A stretch of 64,000 nucleotides of DNA from Alphaproteobacteria bacterium (GCA_017464685.1 JAFTYO010000004.1:1306-65305), one strand, 5' to 3'; positions 28,020 to 38,427 are shown, counted from the first letter of the stretch. The notes: generated by a model not told the origin, from the letters alone. Translations and numbers: made by a program.

Positions 28020-29716
28020 TATTTTTTGCTCCCGTATTTTGTTTTTAACTCTTCCACTCGTTCAGGTAAGATGCGTTCAAAAAGCATATCCCCGACTTCA
28101 AAAGGTTGACCGGCTTTGATGAACTCAATTTCTTTTTTAACATCAAAATCTTTTAAGCTTGGAATATCATCAACACCTAAACCGAGTTTGGCAAGCATTT
28201 TTTCTGCAGTTTTCGGCATAATCGGGGCGCTTAAAATGGCAAAAATTCGGATAAGGTTGATACAAGTTCTTAAAATCATGGCCGCTTTGGCTTGGTCTTC
28301 TTTAATCACCGTCCAAGGCTCTGCCTCTGAAATGTAGTTGTTTCCTTCTACCCAAATAGCTCTCAATTCGGCAAAAGCCTTTCTAAACTCTAATTCATTC
28401 ATATATTTGAAATAGTTTTTAATGCTCAATTGCAAATTTTCAATGAGTTTTTGCTCCAACTCACCAAGCTGTCCGCCTTCGGGAACAGTGTCGCCGATTT
28501 TGGAAGATGTCATTTTTAACACTCTTGAGACAAAATTACCTAAGACACCATTTAAATCTTTGTTGACAACAGAAGCAAACAAATCAAAAGTAAAACTTGT
28601 GTCAGAGCCTTCGGGAATGTTGCTCATCAGCCAATAGCGCCAATAATCAGCCTCAAATTCCTTAATTGCATCTTCGGCAAACACACCTCTGTTTTCCGAT
28701 TTTGAAAATTTGCCGCCCTCAAATGTTAAGTAGCTGACGCCTTTTAAGTAATCAACCTGTGTCCAAGGTTCTTTGGTGCCCAGTAATGTTGCCGGAAATG
28801 TAATTGAGTGATACGGAACATTGTCTTTTGCCATAAACTCAATATGACGAACATCTTTGACATCATACCACCAATCTTTCCAGTTGCGTTCATCGGGTTT
28901 TTCATCGGCCCATTGTTTTGTAATGCCGATATAACCGATTGGCGCATCAAACCAAACATAAAAAACTTTATCTTCAAAACCTTCTTTATTGACCGGAAAG
29001 CCCCATTTTAGGTCACGAGTGATGCATCTTGCCTGCAAACCTTCTTTGAGCCATTTTTGCGCAATCGAATAAGCAACCTCCGGCCAAAAAGCCTCTTTTG
29101 TTTTAAGCCATTGTTGTAAAATAGGCTCAATTTTGGGCAAATTCAAAAACAAATGTTTCGTTTCACGCACTTCTAAATTTTTGCTTCCCGAAATGGTACT
29201 TCCGGCATCAATTAAGTCAGTCGGTTCCAACACTTTTGTACAATTTTCACATTGGTCGCCTCTGGCCTTTTCGTATCCGCAATGCGGACAAGTTCCGGTA
29301 ATGTAGCGGTCAGCCAAAAACATTTTATCATCAATCGAATATACTTGTTTCATGGTTCTTTCTTCAATAAAACCATTTTTATCAAGCTGTTCAAAAATGT
29401 GATATGTCATTTCTTTATTTTGTTCAGATGATGTACGACCGAAACAATCAAAAGAAAGTCCGAAATCTTTATAAGTGTTATAATGTCTTTTGTGATTCAT
29501 ATCACAATATTCCTGAACATCGAGCCCTGCTTTTAGAGCTCCGACCTCAGAGGTTGTTCCGTGTTCATCTGTTCCGACAATATACAAAACATCATTATCC
29601 ATCATACGCATATATCTGGCATAGACATCTGAGGGCAACAAACAACCCACCATATGTCCCAAATGAGGTATGCCGTTTATATATGGTAATGCAGAGGTAA
29701 TAAGCACTTTTGACAT
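28019..29716 (-). CDS. metG: Methionine--tRNA ligase
   Basis: HIGH-type motif PYINGIPHLGH, zinc knuckle CPHCG...CENC, KMSKS-type motif KFSKS, and anticodon-binding helices. Confidence 0.95.
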   Translation of the reverse strand: MSKVLITSALPYINGIPHLGHMVGCLLPSDVYARYMRMMDNDVLYIVGTDEHGTTSEVGALKAGLDVQEYCDMNHKRHYNTYKDFGLSFDCFGRTSSEQNKEMTYHIFEQLDKNGFIEERTMKQVYSIDDKMFLADRYITGTCPHCGYEKARGDQCENCTKVLEPTDLIDAGSTISGSKNLEVRETKHLFLNLPKIEPILQQWLKTKEAFWPEVAYSIAQKWLKEGLQARCITRDLKWGFPVNKEGFEDKVFYVWFDAPIGYIGITKQWADEKPDERNWKDWWYDVKDVRHIEFMAKDNVPYHSITFPATLLGTKEPWTQVDYLKGVSYLTFEGGKFSKSENRGVFAEDAIKEFEADYWRYWLMSNIPEGSDTSFTFDLFASVVNKDLNGVLGNFVSRVLKMTSSKIGDTVPEGGQLGELEQKLIENLQLSIKNYFKYMNELEFRKAFAELRAIWVEGNNYISEAEPWTVIKEDQAKAAMILRTCINLIRIFAILSAPIMPKTAEKMLAKLGLGVDDIPSLKDFDVKKEIEFIKAGQPFEVGDMLFERILPERVEELKTKYGSKK

Positions 29717-29882
29717 TTTATATATTCTCCAAAAATATTTTATCCAAAATCGGGATTGATTTTATGATACTTAATCAAAAACTTCAAGCATTATAAACAA
29801 TTATAACAAAAAAATATTTACTTTTAAATTCAATTATTTTACCATCACAGACAGTATTAAAAATTCTTTTATGGAGAAAAAT

Positions 29883-30548
29883 ATGGCTATTAAAAATATT
29901 TTCTGGGATGTAGATGGTGTTCTTGCAAACTTGAACTATGCATATTATAATTTTTTAACCAAACACCCTAAATATGCTCCTATATACGGAAACATTACTT
30001 GGGAACAACTGCCTGAGGTGTTGCCGATTGTACCTAAATATGGTGCTTTAGAGCTTAAAACTCACCCCACTCTCGGTAAAGAATTAGATTATGATTTCTG
30101 CCATTCTCCTGAGTTTTTCACCAATCGTCCGTTATATCCAGGAGTTATTGAAACTTTAAAAGAACTCAATTCTTTGGGTTACAGACAGTTTACAATGTCG
30201 GCAACTTTTGATGTTGAAACCAAGAAAAGATTTTTAAACAATTTACTCGCCGAAGTTAAGGACTTTTTGGTGATAGAATGTGTGCAACACGGAAAGTTTA
30301 TGCACGATACAGCAAAAGAAGATATGCTTAAATCTTGTTTTGAACAATATGGTCTAAAAGCCGAAGAAACGGTTTTGGTTGATGACCGAATTTATAACCA
30401 AGCCGCAGCCATCAATGTCGGTGCTCAACCGATACGATACAGATGCGAATTTACAACTGACTTACCGGAAGACCTTAAATGGATTCCTGAAATGCACAGT
30501 TTGGAAGAGTTCAAACAATGGTTGTTTAAGCAAAATAACAGTAAATAA
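29883..30548 (+). CDS. HAD-superfamily phosphatase, 5'(3')-deoxyribonucleotidase (NT5C)-like
   Basis: Motif I is WDVDGVLANL, with MSAT and VDDR downstream. The ATG at 29883 has a ggaga RBS 5 nt upstream. The track ORF starts at 29871. Confidence 0.6.
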   Translation: MAIKNIFWDVDGVLANLNYAYYNFLTKHPKYAPIYGNITWEQLPEVLPIVPKYGALELKTHPTLGKELDYDFCHSPEFFTNRPLYPGVIETLKELNSLGYRQFTMSATFDVETKKRFLNNLLAEVKDFLVIECVQHGKFMHDTAKEDMLKSCFEQYGLKAEETVLVDDRIYNQAAAINVGAQPIRYRCEFTTDLPEDLKWIPEMHSLEEFKQWLFKQNNSK

Positions 30549-30656
30549 TTGCAATTAAAATAAATTATATAGAAAGGGGGAACCCTTTCTTTTTTTTTAT
30601 TGATAAATATTATACTTATGATAATATTTGTCGAGTAAGTACTTTTGAGGTTTGTT

Positions 30657-31934
30657 ATGTATAGAATAATCGGAAATATGACAGGAAATTCTATGGATGC
30701 CATTGACTTGGTGCTAACTGAGTTTGATGGTAATAAAATGACCGATCTCTACACCTTTTCTCGTCCATACACAAAAAATATGCAGAACCGCATCGAAAAG
30801 TTACGCACTCAAGTTTTTAATAAAACTTCAAATGAAATTGAAACCTTGCCGGAATTTTTAGATATACATAACGATTACATCAAACAAATTGCTGATTGTA
30901 TCAATGAGATGTGTCTGATAAATGGCATAGATAAATCAACTGTTGATGCAATTGGTTTTCATGGAAAAACACTTGACCATAATCCGCCATCTAAGGCCAA
31001 AACAGATAACACCGAGCCATATACTTTACAAATAGGTTCGGGACAAATGTTAGCCGACTTAACAGACATTGATGTTGTTTACGACTTTCGTTCGGATCCG
31101 GTAATGAATGATTTTGATGGAGCACCGTTGGTGCCAGTTCACAATGCACATATTTGTTGTTCTCAAGGAGATGGCATTTACTATAATGGAGGAAATACTT
31201 CCAATTTTGCCATAATCATCAATGGTAAAGCAATATTAGGAACAGATTCCGGACCATTTAATGAATATACGGATAATTATATTCGTATGCTATCTGATTA
31301 CAGTTTTGATAAAGATGGAATTTTTGGGCAAAATGGAAAATTAGATATACCATTATTGCAAAAAATTTTTCAATACGGGCGTTCTTTTTATGAAGCACCA
31401 TTACCAAAATCCGGAGATCCGGCATATTATCATAAAGATAAAATTTTTCAATATGTACAGCTTAACAGAATTAAATTTGAAGATGCTGTACATACTTTTG
31501 AATATGCAGCAGCATATATTGCTGCGCAAGCCTTAACTTTAATACCTGATAACATTGATATACCTAATCAATTCGTTTTGTTCGGAGGAGGTTGGAAAAA
31601 CCCTATTGTGCGTAAAAGTTTTGATAATATATTGTCAGGTAACGGTTTAATTTTATCGGAACATCAAGAAATTTTTACCAAATTGTGTTCAAGATTAAAA
31701 AATAATCTTCTAATAAAACAATCAAAATTTTCAGATTATATGGAAGCCCGCTTATTTGCTGATTTAGCACGATATAAATTAGAAAACAGAGCTTGGGAAA
31801 TTCCTGAAATTATTAATGCCGGCAAAAAAATTGTTTGCGGGGTCATCGCCAAACCACAAAACACCAATGGGAAATATAGCGATTATATTAATCGTGCAGC
31901 AAAAGGATGGCAAGACAAAACAACATTAAAATAA
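30657..31934 (+). CDS. anmK: Anhydro-N-acetylmuramic acid kinase
   Basis: N-terminal IGNMTGNSMDAIDLVL matches the AnmK pattern G.MSGTS.DG.D. Also FHGKTL.H, the GGN pocket and C-terminal GGG.KN. The ATG at 30657 is preceded by gagg. Confidence 0.82.
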   Translation: MYRIIGNMTGNSMDAIDLVLTEFDGNKMTDLYTFSRPYTKNMQNRIEKLRTQVFNKTSNEIETLPEFLDIHNDYIKQIADCINEMCLINGIDKSTVDAIGFHGKTLDHNPPSKAKTDNTEPYTLQIGSGQMLADLTDIDVVYDFRSDPVMNDFDGAPLVPVHNAHICCSQGDGIYYNGGNTSNFAIIINGKAILGTDSGPFNEYTDNYIRMLSDYSFDKDGIFGQNGKLDIPLLQKIFQYGRSFYEAPLPKSGDPAYYHKDKIFQYVQLNRIKFEDAVHTFEYAAAYIAAQALTLIPDNIDIPNQFVLFGGGWKNPIVRKSFDNILSGNGLILSEHQEIFTKLCSRLKNNLLIKQSKFSDYMEARLFADLARYKLENRAWEIPEIINAGKKIVCGVIAKPQNTNGKYSDYINRAAKGWQDKTTLK

Positions 31935-31960
31935 ATAATTTACATATACGAGAAATAAAA

Positions 31961-32773
31961 ATGGCAACAATTCATTTAATAGTAGGATTTATCGGGTTTG
32001 GCAAAACAACCATTGCAAAACAACTGGAACAAGAGTTATCAGCCGTACGTTTCACTCATGATGAAATTATGGTTAATCGCTATGGATCCAATCCGACCAA
32101 TTTTGAAACAAAATATGACATTGTTGACAACTATATAAAAAAACAAACTAAGCATCATATAGCTAAGAACATAGATGTTATCCTCGATTATGGTTTTTGG
32201 AATGATACAAAACGCCAAGAATATTATAATTGGGCAAAAAATTTAACTGAAAATGTAGTATTTCATGTTGTTGAATGTGATTTAATTGAAGCAAAACAAC
32301 GAACTTTAGAACGTACTAAAAAAGATAAAAACTCTCTTTTTGTTGATGAAGTCATATTTGACTCTCTTTTACAGCATTATCAACCATGGAGTTTGAATGA
32401 TAATTATCCGGTTGTTTTTCATAATGCTCCACCCCAAAAATATATAGGAAACCTTGTTCAAGTTAAAGTTGATCGACCTAAAGGCAGTAAACACCCCAAA
32501 TATGGTTTTGAATATCCGGTAAATTACGGATATGTGCCATTTACAAAATCGGGGGATGGTGAAGAATTAGATGCTTATGTTTTGGTGGAAAACAAACCTT
32601 TACAAAATTATGTCGGTCGATGTATCGGAGTTGTACATCGCTTAAATGACGATGATGACAAACTGATTGTTGTCCCTGAATCATTTGACTTAGACGATGA
32701 AGATATTGAAGCAAATATTGAGTTTCAAGAAAAATGGTTTGAGCATATTCTTATCAGAGATTCTGATATTTAA
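31961..32773 (+). CDS. Fusion protein: N-terminal P-loop kinase (AAA_33/zeta-like NTPase fold) plus C-terminal short family-I inorganic pyrophosphatase-like domain
   Basis: Walker A VGFIGFGKTTIAKQL with D..(F/W) downstream. The C-terminal VDRPKGSKHPKYGFEYPVNYGYVPFT..GDGEELDAYVL....GVVHRLNDDDDKLIVVP parallels the PPase motifs YP.NYGFIP.T...DGDP.D.LVL and D..G.D.K..AV. Confidence 0.65.
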   Translation: MATIHLIVGFIGFGKTTIAKQLEQELSAVRFTHDEIMVNRYGSNPTNFETKYDIVDNYIKKQTKHHIAKNIDVILDYGFWNDTKRQEYYNWAKNLTENVVFHVVECDLIEAKQRTLERTKKDKNSLFVDEVIFDSLLQHYQPWSLNDNYPVVFHNAPPQKYIGNLVQVKVDRPKGSKHPKYGFEYPVNYGYVPFTKSGDGEELDAYVLVENKPLQNYVGRCIGVVHRLNDDDDKLIVVPESFDLDDEDIEANIEFQEKWFEHILIRDSDI

Positions 32774-32854
32774 TATTTTGTTTTAATTATTTAATTTGTT
32801 TTTTTATAAAGAGACATAACCGGAATAAATTTTTTAATATTTTCACTACATTCC

Positions 32855-32990
32855 ACCTCAAATTTGATTTAAATTCACATTAAGACTCTTTTTACTTGCA
32901 AAAAAAAAAAACGGTTTAAGATACGACCTGAGAGGTAAGTTTTTGACCTTTCAAATTAAGTTTAACTATTTTTATAAAGGATTTAAAATT
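32855..32990 (+). promoter_or_regulatory. Conserved promoter + 5' UTR element, copy A (repeat of 41428-41565)
   Basis: The 68-nt core 32855-32922 matches 41428-41495 at 66 of 68 positions. It contains TTGCAA, an A12-containing spacer and TAAGAT (TATGAT in copy B). The UTR stem-loop is t-gagagg (32929-32935) paired with cctttc-a (32947-32953). The leader and RBS (aaaggatttaaaattATG) are also similar. Confidence 0.6.
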
Positions 32991-33446
32991 ATGAGAAAAT
33001 ATTTTCTTCTTACTGCTACGGCTCTTTTGAGCGCAACAAATGTTATGGCTGAAAGCAATGCTTATTCAGAATTATCTGTTAACGCTACCATTGCACATGC
33101 TAATGAAATTACATGTTCTGATGTAAATTTTGGCACTATTTATTTAAAAGCTAATCATGGTGATTTAGTTGTCGATTTAGTCGATGATCTTGTGTTAGAA
33201 TCTAACAGTAGCGATTATGTAAGCTCAACTGACACAGCATCAGCTTACTGTGAGTTAAATGAAGATTCTGAGATGCTTTTTTCATCTGAAACTGTAACAC
33301 TGAGCGCCGAAGGAGAATCAAAAGTTTTAACATTCAAACCTGAACAATGGTCTAGATCATCTATTAATGGAACTTTATCTATTCCTGCCGGTGTAACTCC
33401 AACAAGTTATACAGGTTCATTTGAGGTAACATTCCTTAACCTATAA
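32991..33446 (+). CDS. Small secreted beta-sandwich protein, DUF4402/spore-coat-U (SCPU)-like, paralog A
   Basis: Signal peptide MRKYFLLTATALLSATNVMA followed by ES. It has ITC..(V)NFG.I near the N-terminus, a second conserved Cys, and the C-terminal G.L.I......SYTGSFEVTF pattern typical of that family. The start is trimmed from the track ORF (32943) to the ATG with an RBS. Confidence 0.65.
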   Translation: MRKYFLLTATALLSATNVMAESNAYSELSVNATIAHANEITCSDVNFGTIYLKANHGDLVVDLVDDLVLESNSSDYVSSTDTASAYCELNEDSEMLFSSETVTLSAEGESKVLTFKPEQWSRSSINGTLSIPAGVTPTSYTGSFEVTFLNL

Positions 33447-33450
33447 ACTT

Positions 33451-33485
33451 AATACCGCCTCCTTTAAAGGAGGCGGTATTTTTGT
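33451..33485. terminator. Rho-independent terminator (30-nt perfect palindrome), shares its stem with the terminator at 42118
   Basis: aataccgcctccttt/aaaggaggcggtatt followed by a T run, between the convergent paralog A and fabZ. Confidence 0.8.
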
Positions 33486-33488
33486 TTC

Positions 33489-33941
33489 TTACTGATTTAT
33501 AATCATTGCGGAAAATTCGGCTTCGGATACAACTTGTCCATCAACCGTACATTGTCCCTTAAACACATATATATTGCGGCGCTCTTTGATTTTTTCAACA
33601 TGCATACGAAGTTGGTCGCCCGGTTTTACCGGCTTTCTGAACTTTACGCCATCAACCGACATAAACAATACACCTACTTTTTTATTAGCATAATCTTCAT
33701 CTTTTGCGGTTACGATAGCACCTGCCGTTTGAGCCATTGCCTCAATTTGCAACACACCGGGCATTACCGGATTGTTCGGAAAGTGTCCTTGAAAAAATTC
33801 TTCATTCATGGTTACATTTTTTATACCCACACCTTTTTCACCTGCGACCTCAACTTCCAATCTGTCAATGAGTAAAAACGGATAACGATGAGGTAACAAT
33901 TTTAATATTTCTTCAATCGGATATACTTTAATTTCTGACAT
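33489..33941 (-). CDS. fabZ: 3-hydroxyacyl-ACP dehydratase FabZ
   Basis: LPHRYPFLLIDR, FF.GHFP..PVMPGVL.IEAMAQ, F.G...VDG. Confidence 0.95.
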   Translation of the reverse strand: MSEIKVYPIEEILKLLPHRYPFLLIDRLEVEVAGEKGVGIKNVTMNEEFFQGHFPNNPVMPGVLQIEAMAQTAGAIVTAKDEDYANKKVGVLFMSVDGVKFRKPVKPGDQLRMHVEKIKERRNIYVFKGQCTVDGQVVSEAEFSAMIINQ

Positions 33942-33966
33942 ATTTTTTTCCTTCTTTTAATATTAA

Positions 33967-34980
33967 TTATTTTTTACTGTTTCTTTGTAAAAACGATACT
34001 TGGCGCATAAAATCTTTAAACGGTACTGCCGGTGTTCCCATAACAACCGTTTGAGCTTCAACATCACGCATAATGCCCGATTGCGCACCGATTTGAGCTC
34101 CACTGCCAACCGTTAAATGGTCGGCAAATCCGGTCTGTCCGCCACAAACAACATAATCACCGAATGTACAACTTCCGGCAATTCCGGTTTGTGAAACAAT
34201 GATACACCCCCTGCCCATTTTATCATTATGTGCAATTTGTACCAAGTTATCAATACGGCAACCGTCACCGATTATGGTATCATCTAATGCCCCTCGGTCA
34301 ATACAACTGTTTGCGCCGACTTCAACATCATTACCGATAATAAGTCTTCCTACTTGCGGTATGCGAATATGTTTACCTCCAATAGTGTTAAAGCCAAAAC
34401 CGTCCGCACCGAGTTTGGCACCGGCATAAATATAACAATCGTTACCCATAATGGTATAAGTCACATATGCACCGACACCGATACGGCAATTATTACCGAT
34501 TTTACAACCTTTTCCGATATAACAATTTGCTTCCAATCGGCAATTATCCCCTATAAGCGCATCATCTTCTATCACAACATTGGCACCGATATAACAATTT
34601 TGCCCGACTTTTGCGGTTTTAGCAATTGTGGCGCTTTCATGAACCATATTTTCAGGAACATATTCGGCATACATTGCCTGATTTAATTTTAAAAATGCAA
34701 GTTTCGGATTGTCAACAACCAAAACACTTATCCCGTAGGGAATCCAACTTTGCAAATCCTGATTGGTAACACAAGCCTTTGCTTTAATATTTACCGCTTT
34801 TTCTTTTGCCTTTCTGTCATAGAAAAAACAAATTTCATTACTGCCGGCTTTTTCCATCGTGGCAATATCATAAATTTTATCTTTCGGATTACACGAATCT
34901 GTAAACTCTGCACCAATTATTTTTGCAATTTGCTCTAGTGTAAACGGTCCGTTGTTTTTAAAAAATGCAGTATCAACCAT
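33967..34980 (-). CDS. lpxD: UDP-3-O-acylglucosamine N-acyltransferase
   Basis: N-terminal LpxD domain followed by many hexapeptide (left-handed beta-helix) repeats and the HN catalytic context (QIAHND). Sits between bamA and fabZ. Confidence 0.93.
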   Translation of the reverse strand: MVDTAFFKNNGPFTLEQIAKIIGAEFTDSCNPKDKIYDIATMEKAGSNEICFFYDRKAKEKAVNIKAKACVTNQDLQSWIPYGISVLVVDNPKLAFLKLNQAMYAEYVPENMVHESATIAKTAKVGQNCYIGANVVIEDDALIGDNCRLEANCYIGKGCKIGNNCRIGVGAYVTYTIMGNDCYIYAGAKLGADGFGFNTIGGKHIRIPQVGRLIIGNDVEVGANSCIDRGALDDTIIGDGCRIDNLVQIAHNDKMGRGCIIVSQTGIAGSCTFGDYVVCGGQTGFADHLTVGSGAQIGAQSGIMRDVEAQTVVMGTPAVPFKDFMRQVSFLQRNSKK

Positions 34981-34994
34981 ATATTTTCTCCTTA

Positions 34995-37256
34995 TTACAA
35001 ACTTGTACCAAAGTTAAGACGAAATACTTCTTTTTGGTCGTAGTCTTCTTTTACAATCGGGAAACCGAAATCGATATCAATTTTTCCCATCGGTGAATAC
35101 CATTCAAATCCGAAACCGACCGAAACTCTCGGTTTTGAAGAATATTCAACATATTTTGAATCTATATCATCAGGTTTGCCGATAACACCGGCATCAACAA
35201 AGGTACGACCCCTGATACCAAGTTCATCAAGCCCTAACGGGAACATCAATTCGGCACCACCATAAATAACCCAATTTCCACCTAAGGCATCATCCGTATA
35301 TATATCTCTTGCACCAACTCCGCTATATTCAAAACCACGAAGTGTATTTCCGCCTAAATAATAGCGCTTGGATAAACGAACATCTTCATCACCATAACTG
35401 GTAACATATCCGCCGTTGATGTGGGTTTTTAATGTCCAATAGTCATTAAAAGTAACAAATTTATATGCTTTAACATCAAATTTGAAATATTTTTCATCAC
35501 CGCCAAGACCCGAAATATCATTGCCGAATGACAAATAATATCCGTCTTTTGTTCTCAAAGCATTGTCACGTTTATCGTACACTAATGTTTGTCCGATAAC
35601 AGAATCTGTGCTTTTGCCCTCTTCTCTTTTAATATATATTGAAGCAAAATCTTTAACATCTTTAATTTCATCACGACTTAATGTATACCGAACAGTTTGA
35701 TATAAATTATCAGTGTAATTCCAACCTAAACGAATTCTGCCACCGACACTTGCACTGTCATATGAGCTTTCATCTTGATAACTTTCATCATTGTAAAAAA
35801 CATCAGCTCCGGCACTTAACCGCCTGCCCAAAAAGTATGGCTCGGTAAAACTCATTGAATAATCTTTTGAACGCTCGGATACACTTGCATCAACACTAAG
35901 CCTTTGCCCTTTACCCATAAAATTATTTTCGGTTACACCTGCTTGTACCAAAGCTCCGTTTACGGTAGAATATCCGATGCCCACATTAAAATATCCCGTT
36001 GATTTTTCTTCAACTTCAACATTAATATCCGCTTTTGAATTATCCAAAGGTACCGGATTAATTTCAACCTTACTGAAATAATTTAAGTTTTCAATATTAC
36101 GTCTGGAATCACCAATCTTTGATACATTAAAAGCATCACCTTCATCTAGTCGAAACTCTCTTCTGATTACTTCATCAAGTGTTCTGGTATTGCCCATAAT
36201 ATTAATACGATTTACAAAAGTTCTTTCACCCTCTAATATATCAAAAACAATTTCCATCTTATTATTCTGCATATCTTTATTAAATTTGGGCACAACATCT
36301 ACAAACACAAAACCTTTTTTTCCCAACTCTTCAGTAATGCGTGAGACAGAATTTTCAATTTTATTTGCATTATACCAATCTCCTTTAGAGAAAGTAACAT
36401 AATTTAAAAAGTCTTCTGTTTTAATTTCTTTAATTGCCGAGTTTATTTTAATATCACTAATTTCATATCTCGGTCCTTCATCTAAAGAAAAATTCAAAAT
36501 AAACGACTTTTTATTCGGCGCTAATTCTGCAATTGCAGATATAACCTGAAAATCGGCATAACCATGCTCGGTATAAAAACGGCGCAAAAGTTCTTTATCA
36601 TAATTCATTTTCTCAGCATCATATGTTTCTGAACTGGAAAAAATTCTATACCAACGGCTTTCTTTACTCATAATTTCTTCTTGTAAATCAGAGGAAGAAT
36701 AATGCGTATTTCCTAAAAAATTGATTTTATCAATTTTAGCTGCTGGCCCTTCATCAATTTCAAAAATTAAATCAACACGATTATCATCTCGCTCAATCAA
36801 CTTAGGTTCAACTTCAACCGAATAGCGACCTGAACGTTTATATATTTCTAAAATTCGTTGAACATCTTGTTGAACTTTTGCTTTACTGTATAATGAGTTT
36901 GGCACACTTTGAACTTCATCTTCCAAAATTTTATCATCAAGTTTTTTGTTGCCGTCAAAGGCCCTTTGACCAATAACCGGATTTTCTTCCAATTTAACAA
37001 GCAACACCCCACCTGACTTATTTTCCATCTGGATATCTGAAAACAGTCCGGTAGCATACAAATTTTTCAAAGCTCCATCTAGTTTACTTTGCGTAACATT
37101 ATGTCCTTTTTTAAGTCCCAAATACGCCAAAACAGTTTCTTCTTCAACTCGTTTAAGTCCTTCAATTTCTATATTGCCGATATAATAGTTTGCAGCCAAA
37201 ACATCTGAAATTGCAAATCCGACCATCAATATAGATACAAACAACGCTTTTTTCAT
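34995..37256 (-). CDS. bamA: Outer membrane protein assembly factor BamA
   Basis: Signal peptide, five POTRA-like repeats (I..I.IEG..RV....), and a C-terminal Omp85 barrel ending ...FRLNFGTSL. Confidence 0.95.
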   Translation of the reverse strand: MKKALFVSILMVGFAISDVLAANYYIGNIEIEGLKRVEEETVLAYLGLKKGHNVTQSKLDGALKNLYATGLFSDIQMENKSGGVLLVKLEENPVIGQRAFDGNKKLDDKILEDEVQSVPNSLYSKAKVQQDVQRILEIYKRSGRYSVEVEPKLIERDDNRVDLIFEIDEGPAAKIDKINFLGNTHYSSSDLQEEIMSKESRWYRIFSSSETYDAEKMNYDKELLRRFYTEHGYADFQVISAIAELAPNKKSFILNFSLDEGPRYEISDIKINSAIKEIKTEDFLNYVTFSKGDWYNANKIENSVSRITEELGKKGFVFVDVVPKFNKDMQNNKMEIVFDILEGERTFVNRINIMGNTRTLDEVIRREFRLDEGDAFNVSKIGDSRRNIENLNYFSKVEINPVPLDNSKADINVEVEEKSTGYFNVGIGYSTVNGALVQAGVTENNFMGKGQRLSVDASVSERSKDYSMSFTEPYFLGRRLSAGADVFYNDESYQDESSYDSASVGGRIRLGWNYTDNLYQTVRYTLSRDEIKDVKDFASIYIKREEGKSTDSVIGQTLVYDKRDNALRTKDGYYLSFGNDISGLGGDEKYFKFDVKAYKFVTFNDYWTLKTHINGGYVTSYGDEDVRLSKRYYLGGNTLRGFEYSGVGARDIYTDDALGGNWVIYGGAELMFPLGLDELGIRGRTFVDAGVIGKPDDIDSKYVEYSSKPRVSVGFGFEWYSPMGKIDIDFGFPIVKEDYDQKEVFRLNFGTSL

Positions 37257-37274
37257 CTTTAATTTCCTTATTTT

Positions 37275-38411
37275 TTAAGAATTAAACCAACGATTGAATA
37301 AATGTACAATATCATTATAAGTAGCAAAAACCATCAATGCGAGTAACAACGCAAATCCGGCACGAAACAAATAATCTTTTACTTTTTCATTAAGTTCACG
37401 TCCTGTAACAATTTCAATAGTATAAAAAACAACATGACCACCATCTAAAACCGGTATCGGAAATAAATTTATTAAGCCCAAATTCACTGACAACAATGCC
37501 ATAAACACTATAAAATTTAAGATACTGTGACTTTTTGAAATATCACCTGTCATCTCAGCAATACGAATAATACCTCCGATATCATCGCTTCCTCTGTCGC
37601 CTTTTATCATTTGTGCAACACCACGCAAAGTGGTGGCGGTAACATCATATACCTCCTCAACGGCATAGACAAATGCCTTGTGTAGCGGTGTTTTTTCATC
37701 TGATGTTTCAATCTCGCTAATCGATTTTACACCAAGCATATGTCTTTTTTCTTTTGTTCCATTGGCATCATCTGTTTCAATTTCGGTTAAAAGAATGTCA
37801 AAATTTAACACATCTTCACCACGTTTAACTTCAATTTTGGTCTTATAATCAGCTGCCATAGAAACTTCACGGGCTATATCGGCAAATTCTTCTATTTTTA
37901 CACCATTTATGCTTAATATCCTATCACCTTTTTCAATACCGGCATCATAAGCAGCGCTGTTTTCTAGAACTTCACCAACAATCGGTGGAAAAGTGATTTT
38001 TCCCAAACAAGCAAACAGACAAGTGTAAATCAAAACTGCAAACAAATAGTTGAAACCAGGACCAGCCAACACTATTGCAAGTTTTTTATAAGGACTCTGA
38101 AATGCAAAAGCTCTTTTTTTCTGTTCATCGGTAAGTTTTGATATATCAGATGTGGAAGATGAAGCTTCCTCATCTCCCAGAAATTGACAATATCCACCCA
38201 AGGGAATAGCAGATATTTTCCAAACTGTACCTTTTTTATCTGTTCTAGACCATATAACTTTGCCGAATCCTATTGAAAATGCACTAACCTCCACACCTGA
38301 AATTCTGGCAACGATAAAATGACCAAATTCATGTACAAACACTAATATTCCAAGTAAAATTATAAACGGAATTATATAGTGCACTATATTGAAAATAATT
38401 TCCATATTCAA
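37275..38411 (-). CDS. rseP: RIP site-2 metalloprotease RseP
   Basis: HEFGHF zinc motif in TM1, a central PDZ domain (AA..AGI..GD.IL.ING) and NLFPIP.LDGGH in the C-terminal TM. Confidence 0.93.
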   Translation of the reverse strand: MNMEIIFNIVHYIIPFIILLGILVFVHEFGHFIVARISGVEVSAFSIGFGKVIWSRTDKKGTVWKISAIPLGGYCQFLGDEEASSSTSDISKLTDEQKKRAFAFQSPYKKLAIVLAGPGFNYLFAVLIYTCLFACLGKITFPPIVGEVLENSAAYDAGIEKGDRILSINGVKIEEFADIAREVSMAADYKTKIEVKRGEDVLNFDILLTEIETDDANGTKEKRHMLGVKSISEIETSDEKTPLHKAFVYAVEEVYDVTATTLRGVAQMIKGDRGSDDIGGIIRIAEMTGDISKSHSILNFIVFMALLSVNLGLINLFPIPVLDGGHVVFYTIEIVTGRELNEKVKDYLFRAGFALLLALMVFATYNDIVHLFNRWFNS

Positions 38412-38427
38412 AAACCACCTTTATCTT

